From Acidobacteriota bacterium (GTDB lineage: Bacteria > Acidobacteriota > UBA6911 > RPQK01 > JAJDTT01), in contig CBDCLS010000005.1 of assembly GCA_965218775.1 (NCBI GenBank), positions 961,263-1,025,262 of the forward strand: a stretch of 64,000 nt of DNA, written 5' to 3'. The notes below the pieces were generated by a model that saw only the letters and a program-made list of their open reading frames with translations, ran no database searches and was not told where the DNA came from. Positions 41,118 through 51,591 of this stretch are shown piece by piece (position 1 is the stretch's first letter; every line of letters starts with the position of its first letter). The position numbers and the translations under genes were made by a program.

Positions 41118-42005
41118 CTATTGTCTCGTCAGGGCCTCGCTGATCATTGTCCTTACTTTCTTAACGAGGTTGTCAGGATTCGGGTGCAAGCGACGTGAGT
41201 AGAGCCATTGCTTTCTCTTGCCGATGTCGATCACCGGGTTTTGCCTCCACGAGAGATACGCCCGCACCGTCATCGAAGCAGATAATGGCTGACTCCCTTG
41301 AATCACACGTTTGCCTTTTCTGGTCTCCTCATCATCGAGAAGGTGAAAGAGCTGTCGATTGGTAGCTACCAACCAGGTACGCTGTTTCCTGGTTTCAAAG
41401 AGGAGCAGCTTATCGCAGACGAATTCATCGTAGTTGAGCATCCGTGAATCAAAGAGAAGCTTCTTTAACCCTTTCTCCGTATAGAAACCTTGCTCGTCCT
41501 TTAGCATCGCCTCAGTTAGAGGTTCCTGATCTTTGAAGCGATCTACTAACACTTTAAGCGTGCCTATGATGGCTTCTGTGGAGAGAGTCCCTTCGCTGTC
41601 CAGTACAGCAAGGAATTCCTGCACATACTTACTCCAGATGTAACTGACCACCTCAGTAGAGGACCGGTATACCCCCAGTCGGGCGATTTCGGAATTAACA
41701 GCCTCTCTTAATTCGTGTGGAATCATCTCTTCCCACTTTTTAGTCGGCTGGTCAGGGCTCGTACGGCGCGTCAATTTGAGACGCCTAGCTTCCCGGATTG
41801 CATCATCGACGTAGATACTCCACAGGGTCTGATCGTGAACTTCCAGAGCCTTGATACGAGTCTCATATTTCAAGTAATTCTCGTTCGCTTCTTGTCGCAG
41901 TTTATCGATCCGCCGTACCAGATGGACAAAGGCTCCTGTAACTGCCGAAATTAAGGTGACAGCGGAACCTACGATAGAAGCAACTGTTCCCGCATCGATC
42001 GGCAT
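41118..42005 (-). CDS. Hypothetical membrane-anchored protein (N-terminal TM helix, coiled-coil, C-terminal basic domain); compositionally atypical (low GC)
   Basis: 295-aa ORF; N-terminal IVGSAVTLISAVTGAFV TM; KLRQEANENYLKYETRIKALE coiled-coil; GC ~48-50% versus ~61% in flanks. No recognisable motif. Confidence 0.5.
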   Translation of the reverse strand: MPIDAGTVASIVGSAVTLISAVTGAFVHLVRRIDKLRQEANENYLKYETRIKALEVHDQTLWSIYVDDAIREARRLKLTRRTSPDQPTKKWEEMIPHELREAVNSEIARLGVYRSSTEVVSYIWSKYVQEFLAVLDSEGTLSTEAIIGTLKVLVDRFKDQEPLTEAMLKDEQGFYTEKGLKKLLFDSRMLNYDEFVCDKLLLFETRKQRTWLVATNRQLFHLLDDEETRKGKRVIQGSQPLSASMTVRAYLSWRQNPVIDIGKRKQWLYSRRLHPNPDNLVKKVRTMISEALTRQ

Positions 42006-42545
42006 AGCATAGCCTCCTTTAACTCACGTATTTAACCACTCGAAGAGGAATTAGGTTGGGAATCAATTTCCTCCTAACATTTAAGCACTGTACCCGCTGT
42101 GCTTAGGAACGCCTGTGTCAATGGAGTCAACAGGTGAGCGCTGAGCATCACGCACACAATCCCACGGAACTGAGTTAAGGGTATCCCTCTATGGGGATTG
42201 TTTAGAGGCTAGCCGTTCGGAGTGTAAAAGTGAAGCCACAAGGATTCAGATAGCAACCGGCGCCAACCGGGATGAAGTCTGCGCGGCTTCTGCTGGGGCT
42301 ACCATTCCTTTGCAGGAGCAGGACACGTTTTTTATTCCCAGGACGTTAATGTAGAGTAATCGAGGGAGCGCATCAGAAGGCATAGAAGAGTGCCAGCTGG
42401 CCTTCTCTTTTGATTGGATGCTCTTGGCCGAAGGCTCTGGTGCAGCGCGCCACAAGTTTTGAACCAGGGTTCAGCAGCCCCTCGTCGCCGCTGGCGGGCG
42501 TCGGATCCGCACTTGAGTCGACTGTTCTGTCTGCATTCGTCGAAA

Positions 42546-44693
42546 ATGGCCACCAAAATCGATGTTGAGGACATAGACCTCCAGGCTGCTCTCCAAGAGC
42601 ACTTCGGGTTCTCAGAATTCCTCCCGGGACAGGAAGAAACCATCCACAGTGGCCTGCAAGGCCGCGACATGGTGGTGGTTATGCCGACCGGCTCGGGGAA
42701 ATCGCTCTGCTACCAACTCTCATCATTGGTATTGCCGGGGACCACGATCGTGGTGTCCCCCCTGATTGCTCTGATGAAAGACCAGGTAGACGGTCTCGAG
42801 GCACGGGGGCTCCCTGCGACCTATATCAACTCCTCACTCTCGGCTATCGAAATGAGGGAGCGAATCGAGGCCTTGCGGTCCGGGAGCTACAAGCTCGTCT
42901 ACATCGCTCCAGAGCGATTCCGGGACCGTCGTTTTTTGGATGCATTGAGCCGGAACCCGATCTCCCTCATGGCCGTTGATGAGGCCCATTGCGTCAGCCA
43001 GTGGGGACACGATTTTCGTCCCGAATATCTTCGCTTACGAGAGGTTCTAGCGGACCTCCCGGAGACCCGCGTGATGGCAATGACGGCTACCGCTACGCCT
43101 TACGTCCGTTACGACATCATCAAACAGCTGGGACTGGGCGAGGGTGAGAGAAGTGAGCCGCTAGTCCTGGTCTATGGGTTTTCGCGACCCAATCTAAAGC
43201 TGGTTGTCTCACGGGTCTCCGGCCACGCCGAAAAGATGGAGCACGTTCGTCAGGCGGTTGAGCAATACCAGACCGGAATCGTCTACTGCGCCACGCGCAA
43301 GCAGACGGAAAAGGTCCACGGGCTTCTAAAGGCAGCCGATCACACCTGCAGCCTCTACCATGGAGGGTTACCGGATAACCAGCGCAAGGAGATTCAAAAC
43401 GAGTTCATGAATGGTGATACTCCTGTCGTCGTGGCAACCAATGCCTTCGGCATGGGGGTGGATCGGCGCGACCTTCGCTTTGTGGTTCATTGGGATGTTC
43501 CCGGCAGCATCGAAGCCTACTACCAGGAAATAGGGCGTTCAGGACGAGATGGCAAGGAATCCCTGTGCGAGTTGCTCTACAGTTATGCCGATGTCCGGAC
43601 ACAGGAGTTCTTTTTGGACGGTGCCAATCCCAGCCGAGAAGAGGTGGAGACCCTCTGGGGAAGCATCCGCCAGCGTTGTCTGCACGGGCCCGCCGTATGT
43701 GATGTCTCCGAGTGGGTTGGCCCGGCTTCGATCAGCAAGAATGAAATGACCGTCCGAACCGTTGTCTCCACTCTAGAACGGGTCGGCCTGATTCGATGCG
43801 AAAGGGTGCCTGGTGGTTCCAGTCTACTGATCTCGATGGTTTCAGGAGCCGATCTTGGAGCTCTGGAGCAGCAGTTTGTTTACCTTGCGGAGAAGCGGAA
43901 TCGGGACAAGCGCAAGCTCCAGGATATGTTGCGCTACGCGGGTACTCCGCGCTGTCGACATGCCTACATTCTTAACTATTTCGGTGAAAGTGACGTCGCT
44001 GCGGAATGTAGTAATTGCGATCGTTGTCGACGTATCAAGGGCCACGAGGTCCGTGATCCGACTGAGGAAGAATGGCCCGTCCTACAGAAGATCCTGAGTT
44101 GCGTGGCACGAATGAGAACCAGCTTCGGCTGCGCTCGGGTGGTTCAGGTGCTGAGTGGATCGAAAGCCAAGCCCGTCTTGGAACGGGGACTGGATCGCCT
44201 CTCCACGTACGGCCTGCTGAAGGAACACGGCGAAGGCTATGTGCGTCGCATTCTGGATGAACTGGTTCAAGAGGGATGCGTCCGCATTACTACCGGGGAC
44301 TATCCCTTGGTCGATATCACAGAGCGGGGCAGAAAAGTCATGTGGAGGAAAGAGACGGTGGCGATTACCTGGCCCTCTGTGAAGCCCCAGTCGAAGACTC
44401 GATCCGAGAGCAAGGAATGGTCCATACCCTCTTACGACGCAGAGCTCTTCCAAGAGCTGAAATCCTGGCGGTCGGCGGAAGCGCAGGCCAAAAGGGTTCC
44501 TGCCTTTGTTGTCATGCATGATGCCACCTTGATGGGTGTTGCTGCCTTTTGTCCGCAGAACCTCTCCGAATTAGAAAGAATCAAGGGAATCGGCCCAACC
44601 AAGGTAGCCAAGTATGGCGATGTTTTGCTCGGCATTATCGATGGTTGGGTGCGAAAACAGGAGAGCACTGATCTCGAGCAGAGCGCAGAATAG
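42546..44693 (+). CDS. recQ: ATP-dependent DNA helicase RecQ (helicase + RQC + HRDC)
   Basis: MPTGSGKSLCYQ Walker A, DEAHCVSQWGHDFR, zinc-finger Cys cluster (CRH...CSNCDRC), C-terminal HRDC (ELKSWR...). ATG at 42546. Confidence 0.9.
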   Translation: MATKIDVEDIDLQAALQEHFGFSEFLPGQEETIHSGLQGRDMVVVMPTGSGKSLCYQLSSLVLPGTTIVVSPLIALMKDQVDGLEARGLPATYINSSLSAIEMRERIEALRSGSYKLVYIAPERFRDRRFLDALSRNPISLMAVDEAHCVSQWGHDFRPEYLRLREVLADLPETRVMAMTATATPYVRYDIIKQLGLGEGERSEPLVLVYGFSRPNLKLVVSRVSGHAEKMEHVRQAVEQYQTGIVYCATRKQTEKVHGLLKAADHTCSLYHGGLPDNQRKEIQNEFMNGDTPVVVATNAFGMGVDRRDLRFVVHWDVPGSIEAYYQEIGRSGRDGKESLCELLYSYADVRTQEFFLDGANPSREEVETLWGSIRQRCLHGPAVCDVSEWVGPASISKNEMTVRTVVSTLERVGLIRCERVPGGSSLLISMVSGADLGALEQQFVYLAEKRNRDKRKLQDMLRYAGTPRCRHAYILNYFGESDVAAECSNCDRCRRIKGHEVRDPTEEEWPVLQKILSCVARMRTSFGCARVVQVLSGSKAKPVLERGLDRLSTYGLLKEHGEGYVRRILDELVQEGCVRITTGDYPLVDITERGRKVMWRKETVAITWPSVKPQSKTRSESKEWSIPSYDAELFQELKSWRSAEAQAKRVPAFVVMHDATLMGVAAFCPQNLSELERIKGIGPTKVAKYGDVLLGIIDGWVRKQESTDLEQSAE

Positions 44694-44782
44694 AATGTCT
44701 TTGGGCCCTCAGATGCTGCGGGCGACTGCTAGCTTATCCTCGCGAAACAACGGTTTGTCCAAACTGTTCAAGTAAGGAGACG

Positions 44783-45577
44783 ATGATGATGTGGGCCGTG
44801 TCGATCGGCATCGTAATAAGCCTTGTCGGTCAAGAGCTGTGGTGCCACGATTTCTGGATTGAACCCTCGACCTTCACGCCGAAGCTGGGCTCGCTTGCCC
44901 AGATTCGTCTCATGATTGGCGAAGACTTCATGGGCGATCCCCTTCCCCGTGATCCGTCCCATATCGAGGAGTTTCTGCTCGCCGGACCCGGTGGAGAATC
45001 TCCGATCGTGGGTCTTTCGGGCTCCGAACCAGCTGGCTACATTCGTTTCCAGCAGCCTGGTTTCTACGTCATCGGCTATCGCAGCAGAGCTAGATCGATC
45101 ACCTTGGAAGCAGATCAGTTTCAGAGCTATCTTGCAGAGGAGGGACTCGAAGCGATCGTTCGGCAGCGGGCCCGTGATGGAAAGACCCAGCAAAGTGCCC
45201 GGGAGATGTTCTCTCGCTGCGCGAAGTCCCTGGTGGTGGCAAGTCAGATAGAATCAGAGGCGGCAGATCTGCGGCTGGGCTTCACCTTGGAGCTGGTGGC
45301 AGAAAAGAACCCCTACTCCTTGACCGATGGTCAGGCCCTGCCTGTTCGTCTGCTGTATGAAGACAGGCCCTTAGAGGGAGCCAGGATCGTGGCGCTGAGC
45401 AAGGAGAAGCCAGCGAATAAGCTGATTGTTCGCTCCGACCCGGAAGGGCGTGTGCTTCTTCATCTTTCTCGTAGGCGAACCTGGCTGGTGAAAGCGGTCC
45501 ATATGGTTCCTGCGCCCAAGGGTTCCGGTGCCGATTGGGAGAGTCTCTGGGCCTCCCTGACCTTCAAGATTCCCTAG
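44783..45577 (+). CDS. DUF4198-domain periplasmic protein (NikM-like)
   Basis: Signal peptide followed by HDFWIEP, characteristic of DUF4198; 264 aa. Confidence 0.55.
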   Translation: MMMWAVSIGIVISLVGQELWCHDFWIEPSTFTPKLGSLAQIRLMIGEDFMGDPLPRDPSHIEEFLLAGPGGESPIVGLSGSEPAGYIRFQQPGFYVIGYRSRARSITLEADQFQSYLAEEGLEAIVRQRARDGKTQQSAREMFSRCAKSLVVASQIESEAADLRLGFTLELVAEKNPYSLTDGQALPVRLLYEDRPLEGARIVALSKEKPANKLIVRSDPEGRVLLHLSRRRTWLVKAVHMVPAPKGSGADWESLWASLTFKIP

Positions 45578-45602
45578 CTCTTTCGCGCACGGTTCCCAGC
45601 GA

Positions 45603-46763
45603 TCAGGGGCAGCAACCTGCATCGAACACCACTCGCCCCTCCACCACGGTCTGGCGGATCTGAATGTCCATTTCCGTCCATTCGAAGCGAATGATGTTGG
45701 CTTTCTTACCGGGTTCCAGTGTTCCCAGTTCCCCTTCTCTGGACAGGAGCCGCGTAGGATGCAGGCTTGCCATGTGAATAGCTTCGGCGAGAGACGTTCC
45801 TGCGAATCTAACTACATTGCCGACGCCCTGCTCAAGGCTCGCCCCGGCTCCGAAGAGATACGGCGTTCCGGCAAGCGAAATACGGCCCCCAGATCCTACT
45901 TCGACTGTTTGGGAGCCCACTGGATAGAACCCTGGTGGAAGCCCTGCCATAACGACTGCGTCGCTGATCAAGATGCTTCGGCGAGTCTCTTTGCCCCGAA
46001 TCATCGATTTGACTACCGACGGATGAAGGTGGTGTCCGTCGGCGATGAAGCTTGCCATGAGACTGTCGTTGGCCAACTGATCCCAGATATAGTTGGGATG
46101 TCGCTGGAGTGAGAAATGGGCTCCGTTGCCGAGATGTGTCGACAGGCGTGCTCCTGCGCGGGTGGCTTCGATTATGTCACGGGTCTCAGCGTTGGTGTGA
46201 CCTAGCGAGACGACGATCTGCTGTTCCACTAATCTCTCGATGAACGGGATTGCTCCTTCGACCTCGGGGGCAAGCGTCACCAGTTGGATGCGCCCCTCTG
46301 CGGCTTCCTGGAAGCGGCAAAACTCATCCCAATCAGGAGGCCTTACGTGCTCGAGCGGATGGGCTCCTCGGGGGCCGTCGACGGCTGAAATGTAGGGGCC
46401 TTCCAAATGGATACCCAGAACCGATCGCTCGATCCGCGGATCACGGCAGGCTTCGCTTACACACCTCAAGGAGGCCAGCATGTCCTCCGGAGCGGCGGTG
46501 ATGACAGTTGGACACAAGGCCCCAACACCGCATTCCCACTGCAATTGGACCATACTCGCGATCGAGTCTGGGGTTGCCTCGGGTCCGTTAACGGCATGTC
46601 CTCGAAAGCCATTGATCTGGATGTCGACCAGGGCGGGAGCGATCCACAGTTGAGGTGTATGCGAGGTCTCCTTGACCCTACTGATGTGTCCGCGCTTGAC
46701 CTCCACCAGAACGGGTTTTCCCGAGAGGTAGTCTTTGCCGAGGAGTTGTCTATTTTCCGTCAA
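45603..46763 (-). CDS. nagA: N-acetylglucosamine-6-phosphate deacetylase
   Basis: PALVDIQINGF, LHLEGPY and SLGHTNA motifs; 386 aa. Confidence 0.85.
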   Translation of the reverse strand: MTENRQLLGKDYLSGKPVLVEVKRGHISRVKETSHTPQLWIAPALVDIQINGFRGHAVNGPEATPDSIASMVQLQWECGVGALCPTVITAAPEDMLASLRCVSEACRDPRIERSVLGIHLEGPYISAVDGPRGAHPLEHVRPPDWDEFCRFQEAAEGRIQLVTLAPEVEGAIPFIERLVEQQIVVSLGHTNAETRDIIEATRAGARLSTHLGNGAHFSLQRHPNYIWDQLANDSLMASFIADGHHLHPSVVKSMIRGKETRRSILISDAVVMAGLPPGFYPVGSQTVEVGSGGRISLAGTPYLFGAGASLEQGVGNVVRFAGTSLAEAIHMASLHPTRLLSREGELGTLEPGKKANIIRFEWTEMDIQIRQTVVEGRVVFDAGCCP

Positions 46764-46787
46764 TGTCGGAATCCTGACTCTGCTGAT

Positions 46788-47669
46788 TCAAACGGTTGAG
46801 AGTGCGCCACTGCCCTCGACCGGTCGAAAGACGTGCACATCGTCGCTGAGTCCCCGGGGCTCGTAATACTCTTTTCGGAGGGTCTCCATCAGTGTCTGGA
46901 CCACCTGGTTATTGGTAAAGATCATGGCACATCCCCCTAGTCCAGCACCCGCAAGTTGTGCCCCAATGACATCGGGAAGAGAAACCGCCAGATCAACGAT
47001 GTAATCGATTTCTGGGGTGGAACAGGCATATCGGCCGCTCTGGGCCCAGAAATCTGCGGCCTGGCGCCGGGCTGGATCTTTCGACATCGAAGAAACGATC
47101 AGGCGATCCAGTTTCTGGTTGCTGTAGGAAGCATGGTGGACACTGGCTTCTCCGTTCCGATGACGAAGAAGTCTGTCCCCATCGTGGCTGAGTCGCATCA
47201 GCTCCCCGATCGTCTCCAGACGACGCTGGCGCAGAAGGGCGGCGAACATTTCGCTGCGTTGACACTCTGCGATTCCATAGATTGCAACTTCGCGCAGCGC
47301 ATAATGTCCCAGGTCGCGATGGGTTGAAAAGATTCGCTCCAGTTGTTCCTTCTGATCCGGTAGGAGCCGTTGCAGATAACGTCGGCTGGCGCGCCTGGGA
47401 AGCTGCTTCAAGATCCGGTACAACTCGCTGGTCGAGATCCCCAAGCGAGCTGGGCTCAGGTCGCGGAGGTGCTCAAGGCCTTTGAGAGCGGCTGTATTCT
47501 TCTTGAGCAGCAGTTCCAGAAGGTCATAAGTGGCAACCCGATGATTGAACGTATCACGCACATCGGCACTCTTCGAAACGCGGACTTTGCTGTTGGCGAC
47601 TACAAGGGACAGTCCATCGGGGAAGGGGATTGTTTCCTCGATGCGGAAGGGGAAGAAGCCTACACGTAC
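46788..47669 (-). pseudogene. C-terminal fragment (GHMP-kinase C-terminal part) of an Fkp-like bifunctional sugar-1-P nucleotidyltransferase/GHMP sugar kinase gene, split by an IS insertion
   Basis: ...RVGFFPFRIEETIPFPDGLSLVVANSKV... continues in frame from ...RGQVV at 49144 once the IS and one TSD copy are removed. GHMP C-terminal motif GAGLGGCAMIF. Confidence 0.75.
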
Positions 47670-49143
47670 CAGGACATTCCCCAAAAATTGAGGGTGAATT
47701 CTCTCAAGTAGTTGAGAACAAGAGAGTAGGGCGATAAGGGAAGTGGGATGGGTTGAAATTGGGAGAAAATGGGGGAACTGTCGACCCCCAAAAGTGTGGG
47801 TCCCTAGCGCTTAGACTGGTTGGCGGAACTCCAAACCCAACAACCAATTAAGCGGAGGGACCCAGATGCATGATGCCAAAGTAGCGTGGAAGATTCGAGA
47901 GCAGCTGAGAGAATTTTCGGGGAAGGTCTCTGAAGGATTACCGAAGACCGCCGCTCGTTTGATCCGGGAGGTGCTCTACGGGATGCAGTGTCGGGCGTCG
48001 GTCCGGCTCAGCGAGATTGCGCGAGCACTGGAGGAGGAGATCGCTCTGAAGAAAGTCATCGAGCGGCTGAGCCGCCAACTCAACCGTCAGGGATTGAGAG
48101 GAGCGGTGGGAAAGAATCTGCTGGAGTTGGCGGCCTGGCGGGTGGAGAAGGAGACGCTGTTGATTGTGGACCCCACGGATGTGAGTAAGCCATATGCCCG
48201 GAAGATGCAATACCTGGCGCGGGTCCGGGACGGCTCCCGAGGGGAGATCCGAGATGGATACTGGTGCTGTGAGGTGGTCGGAGCGAGGCGGGGGAGTGCC
48301 GAGGTGCTGCCGTTGTACCAGGAGCTGTACTCGCAGAAAGCGCCGGACTTTGTGAGCGAAAACGACGAGATCCTCAAGGCGATTGGGCGAGTCTCCAAAG
48401 CCACCCAAGGGCGAGGGATCTGGGTGATGGACCGGGGAGGGGATCGGGAGGAGATCCTCGAAGTCCTGCTGAAGCGGGGACACCCGTTCCTGGTGTGCCA
48501 GCGGGGGGATCGTCACCTGATCTCAGGGCGCAGCAAGAAGAGCGCCGAGGAGTGGGCGCGTGGTTGTCGGCGCCGCTACCGGGAAGTCGTGATCAAGGAG
48601 ACGAGTGCGGGGGAGAAGGTCTACCGGTTGGAGTTTGGGGCCCGAGGGGTGCGTTTGCCCGGTTTCGACCAATCGCTGTACCTGGTGGTGGTGGATGGCT
48701 TTGGCCCCCGTCCCCTGATGCTTCTGACGAACCAGACGGTCAAACGCTCGCGCAAGAGCCAGTGGCGGGTGGTCGAGAGCTATCTGAGCCGCTGGCGTGT
48801 CGAGGAAACGATCCGATTTATCAAGCAGAGCTACGAGTTGGAAGACATCCGTTTGCTCAAGTATGAGCGCCTGCGCAATATGGCCGCCTTGGTCATGATC
48901 GCCGCCTTCTTCGCCTGTGTCTATCTGGGTAAAAGGGCCAAGCTGGCCCTTCTGGTCCAACACATCGAGCAGGCAGCCAAACGGATCTACGGCATCCCGG
49001 AGTTCCGCTTCTATGCCATAGCCGATGGCATCAAGCAGCTCCTATTCGGCCGCCACAGCGGGATTGGCGGGGCTCGACCCGATCCCAGCTCCCGTCAGCT
49101 GTCCCTGCTTCCTCTGGGCCTCTGAAAAATGGGGAATGTCCAG
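47670..49143. mobile_element. IS4-family insertion sequence (1474 bp), 14-bp imperfect TIRs, 8-bp target-site duplication
   Basis: Left end caggacattcccca (47670-47683). Right end tggggaatgtccag (49130-49143), whose reverse complement is ctggacattcccca. Flanked by direct repeats acacgtac at 47662-47669 and 49144-49151. Confidence 0.8.
47866..49125 (+). CDS. IS4-family DDE transposase
   Basis: DDE candidates LLIVDPTD, WVMDRGGD and ...E; C-terminal Y-(2)-R-(3)-E-(6)-K signature (YLSRWRVEETIRFIK) typical of IS4-family transposases; 419 aa. Confidence 0.8.
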   Translation: MHDAKVAWKIREQLREFSGKVSEGLPKTAARLIREVLYGMQCRASVRLSEIARALEEEIALKKVIERLSRQLNRQGLRGAVGKNLLELAAWRVEKETLLIVDPTDVSKPYARKMQYLARVRDGSRGEIRDGYWCCEVVGARRGSAEVLPLYQELYSQKAPDFVSENDEILKAIGRVSKATQGRGIWVMDRGGDREEILEVLLKRGHPFLVCQRGDRHLISGRSKKSAEEWARGCRRRYREVVIKETSAGEKVYRLEFGARGVRLPGFDQSLYLVVVDGFGPRPLMLLTNQTVKRSRKSQWRVVESYLSRWRVEETIRFIKQSYELEDIRLLKYERLRNMAALVMIAAFFACVYLGKRAKLALLVQHIEQAAKRIYGIPEFRFYAIADGIKQLLFGRHSGIGGARPDPSSRQLSLLPLGL

Positions 49144-50747
49144 ACACGTACCACTTGACCTCTTTCCCCACTTCTGATTGCGGCGTGATCGGCACTTCCC
49201 CCACGGGATCCGACGAACCACTCTCCTTCTCCACAGAGGTCGACGAACTGCTGCATGGTGATCTGCAGCCCATTAAGGGCCACCGACGCTTCAGCCACAG
49301 CCACGACTATGGCCGAACTACTGGAAAGACCCGCTCCAACTGGTATGTTCCCCGAGACCACGCAGTCCATACCTGTCAGCCTGTGGTCTGGGCAGGCATG
49401 CTGAAGCCGCAGTACGGCAGCCTTGGCGTAGTTACTCCAATCACCTCGCGAGCCCTCCATCACCTGTCGAACGGTGACAGAGTTGATGAAGTCCATCCAG
49501 TCGCACCAATCGGCGGTTCGCAGCAGTCTGCCGATGTGGAACTGGCGTTCCGGAAATTCGTCCGCGTGAAGGTTTGTTAAGCTGACCACGTCGTCGTCTC
49601 GAGCTCCAGCGGCCAGGATGATCTCCCGACTGATGGCCATGACGTTTACGTAGCCGCCTCGGTGATCGACATGGCGGCCCATCAGATTGATCCGGCCAGG
49701 AGCCCTTGTAAGCACCACCGGACGCTTGAGTCCGAATCGTCGCACGAACTCTTCGAGAACTCCGAGAAAGGCACTACGTCGCTCTTCGAGAAGCTCTTCG
49801 TCGCTTCCATAGATCTCGGTCAGGGTGTGCCGCAGACTCGATGAATTGGTCTCGAGGATTCGTAGCCACTCTCCAGCCGGGCGCACGCAGGGTGCTGGCC
49901 CGGTTGGCGCCCTCACCGAGATACGGCGACGTCCCGCCAACCGCCGACCGAAGACCTCCTCCGCGAACAAGAGCTCCTCGGGGGTATTGAAGGCTAGAAG
50001 ATCTTCCGGATTGGCGACGTCGACCACACAAATCCGAGCGCCCTCAGTCACCAGGTTAGCCAGCGTGTCCGTGAGATAGAGTTCGCCCTGGGCGTTGCTA
50101 GCTTGGAGTTTTCCTAGTGCACGATAAAGAGCAGCCGCTTCGAACAGGTAAAGGGATGCGTTGACGGACGGGCTCTGTTTTTCGATCTGCTCGGCCCCTA
50201 ACTTCCTGTGCCCGATCCGTATTGGAGTCCCCTTTTCGGCCGCTTCCTTCAGGTCTGCTACCTCCACGATTGCGACTGCCTTTCGACTACCGTCGTAGAC
50301 GATCCGACCTGCCGTCGTGGTTGCGGTTTTGGGAAGTGCTGTCAACGTCATGTCCGCCCTCGACCGCCGGTGCTGACTGACCAGGTCTGACAGAACCAAG
50401 GGCTGAATCACCTTATCTCCCATGGTGACGATGACTTCTCCCTTGAATCCGGCAGATTCTAGGAACTGGGCGGCACAGGCGGCGGCATGTCCGGTGCCCC
50501 GTGCTTCCGGCTGGTAGATGAAGGCGACGCCGGGGTGCTCAGCCGCGATGGTGGACATGACCTGGTTGGCCATCTGTCCCACCACGATGAGGAATCGCTC
50601 GAGGCCCACGGATTTGAGCATCGAGAGAGTGCGCACGATGGCCGGAACTCCCGCCAGCGGAAAGCAGACCTTGTGCTGATCAGAGGAACCCATCCGGGTC
50701 CCCTGACCGCCGCACAAGACCACGCACATCGTGTCGTGGTATTCCAT
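49144..50747 (-). pseudogene. N-terminal fragment of the IS-disrupted Fkp-like gene: sugar-1-phosphate nucleotidyltransferase domain + GHMP kinase N-terminal half
   Basis: MCVVLCGGQGTRMG (NTP-transferase G-x-G-T-R motif); later PGRINLMGRHVDHRGG and PVGAGLSSSSAIVVA (GHMP motifs). ATG at 50747 is preceded by GGAGT. The track ORF reads through into the IS to a stop at 49095. Confidence 0.75.
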
Positions 50748-50954
50748 GGATTGACTCCAACCCCCTAAGGGCTCGCGCAGAAATAACTTGGCATTTTGGC
50801 ATCTCATCTTCACACCATCTTCGGCCGCTCCTCGGTCGCGAAAGCCTCAACGTAGACCCTGCTACGCCTGCGGTTTCGCTCAATCGTTCGCGGCCAAATC
50901 TAGTGCAAATCTGAGCGCCAATTCTACCAAGTTATTTCTGCGCAAACCCTAAGT

Positions 50955-51019
50955 CCCGATCTCTCATCGCGAGTCGACCACGGCGTCGCCGCGCTACGAG
51001 TGGCGGTGAGAAATCCGGG
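50955..51019. repeat. MITE family B, internally deleted derivative (~65 bp)
   Basis: cccgatctctcatcgcgagtcgacc...cgctacgagtggcggtgagaaatccgggc. Both ends match family-B termini. Confidence 0.55.
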
Positions 51020-51139
51020 CTAGGAGCGAAGCCGAAGATAGCGTGGGGACTTCGTGACAGTCAAGAAGAGTGAACTCGATTCGTATCTGTGTCCGTGGTC
51101 ACCGAGGAGCACCCATCCTCTCTGTTTTAATTAAAACAA

Positions 51140-51259
51140 ATGAATACCTGGGTCGTCTTGGTGGTTCTCATGGGCGTTGTGGCCTTCTATTTGTTTCTCT
51201 CGGTGCACCTCTTGTTCAGCTTTGCTAGTCAGTTCTTCTTCAGGGCGCGTAGGAAATGA
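51140..51259 (+). CDS. Small hydrophobic ORF (39 aa), possible membrane peptide; speculative
   Basis: MNTWVVLVVLMGVVAFYLFLSVHLLFSFASQFFFRARRK: one predicted TM helix with a basic tail, in an AT-richer intergenic stretch. No clear SD. Confidence 0.15.
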   Translation: MNTWVVLVVLMGVVAFYLFLSVHLLFSFASQFFFRARRK

Positions 51260-51276
51260 ACACGAGGGTCCGGGCG

Positions 51277-51317
51277 GATGATTGCGGCGCCGTAGTAGAC
51301 TGGCGATGAGAAATGCG
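51277..51317. repeat. MITE family B terminal fragment (inverted orientation)
   Basis: ggatgattgcggcgccgtagtagactggcgatgagaaatgcg is the reverse complement of the family-B left end. It is followed by the perfect hairpin gtaccctg-tta-cagggtac (51317-51335). Confidence 0.55.
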
Positions 51318-51591
51318 TACCCTGTTACAGGGTACTAGATGATCGATTCCGAAATAACATGACAATTGTTGCGCCCATAAATCGAACTGAATGTATCTGA
51401 GGTGCTCGTCTGCACAGTAGAGAGGCTGAGTTCGTACTCGGGCGGCGCAACCCGTTGGGCAGACGGGGGTTGCGGGCGATTTCTTGGTTGGTCGTCGTCG
51501 AAGATGGCAAAGCATCGTCGTTCCTCCTCCCGCCTTGACCTCGCCGCGCAAGCCCCATCTGCAATTGCCATGCTATTTTGGAATCGATCAT

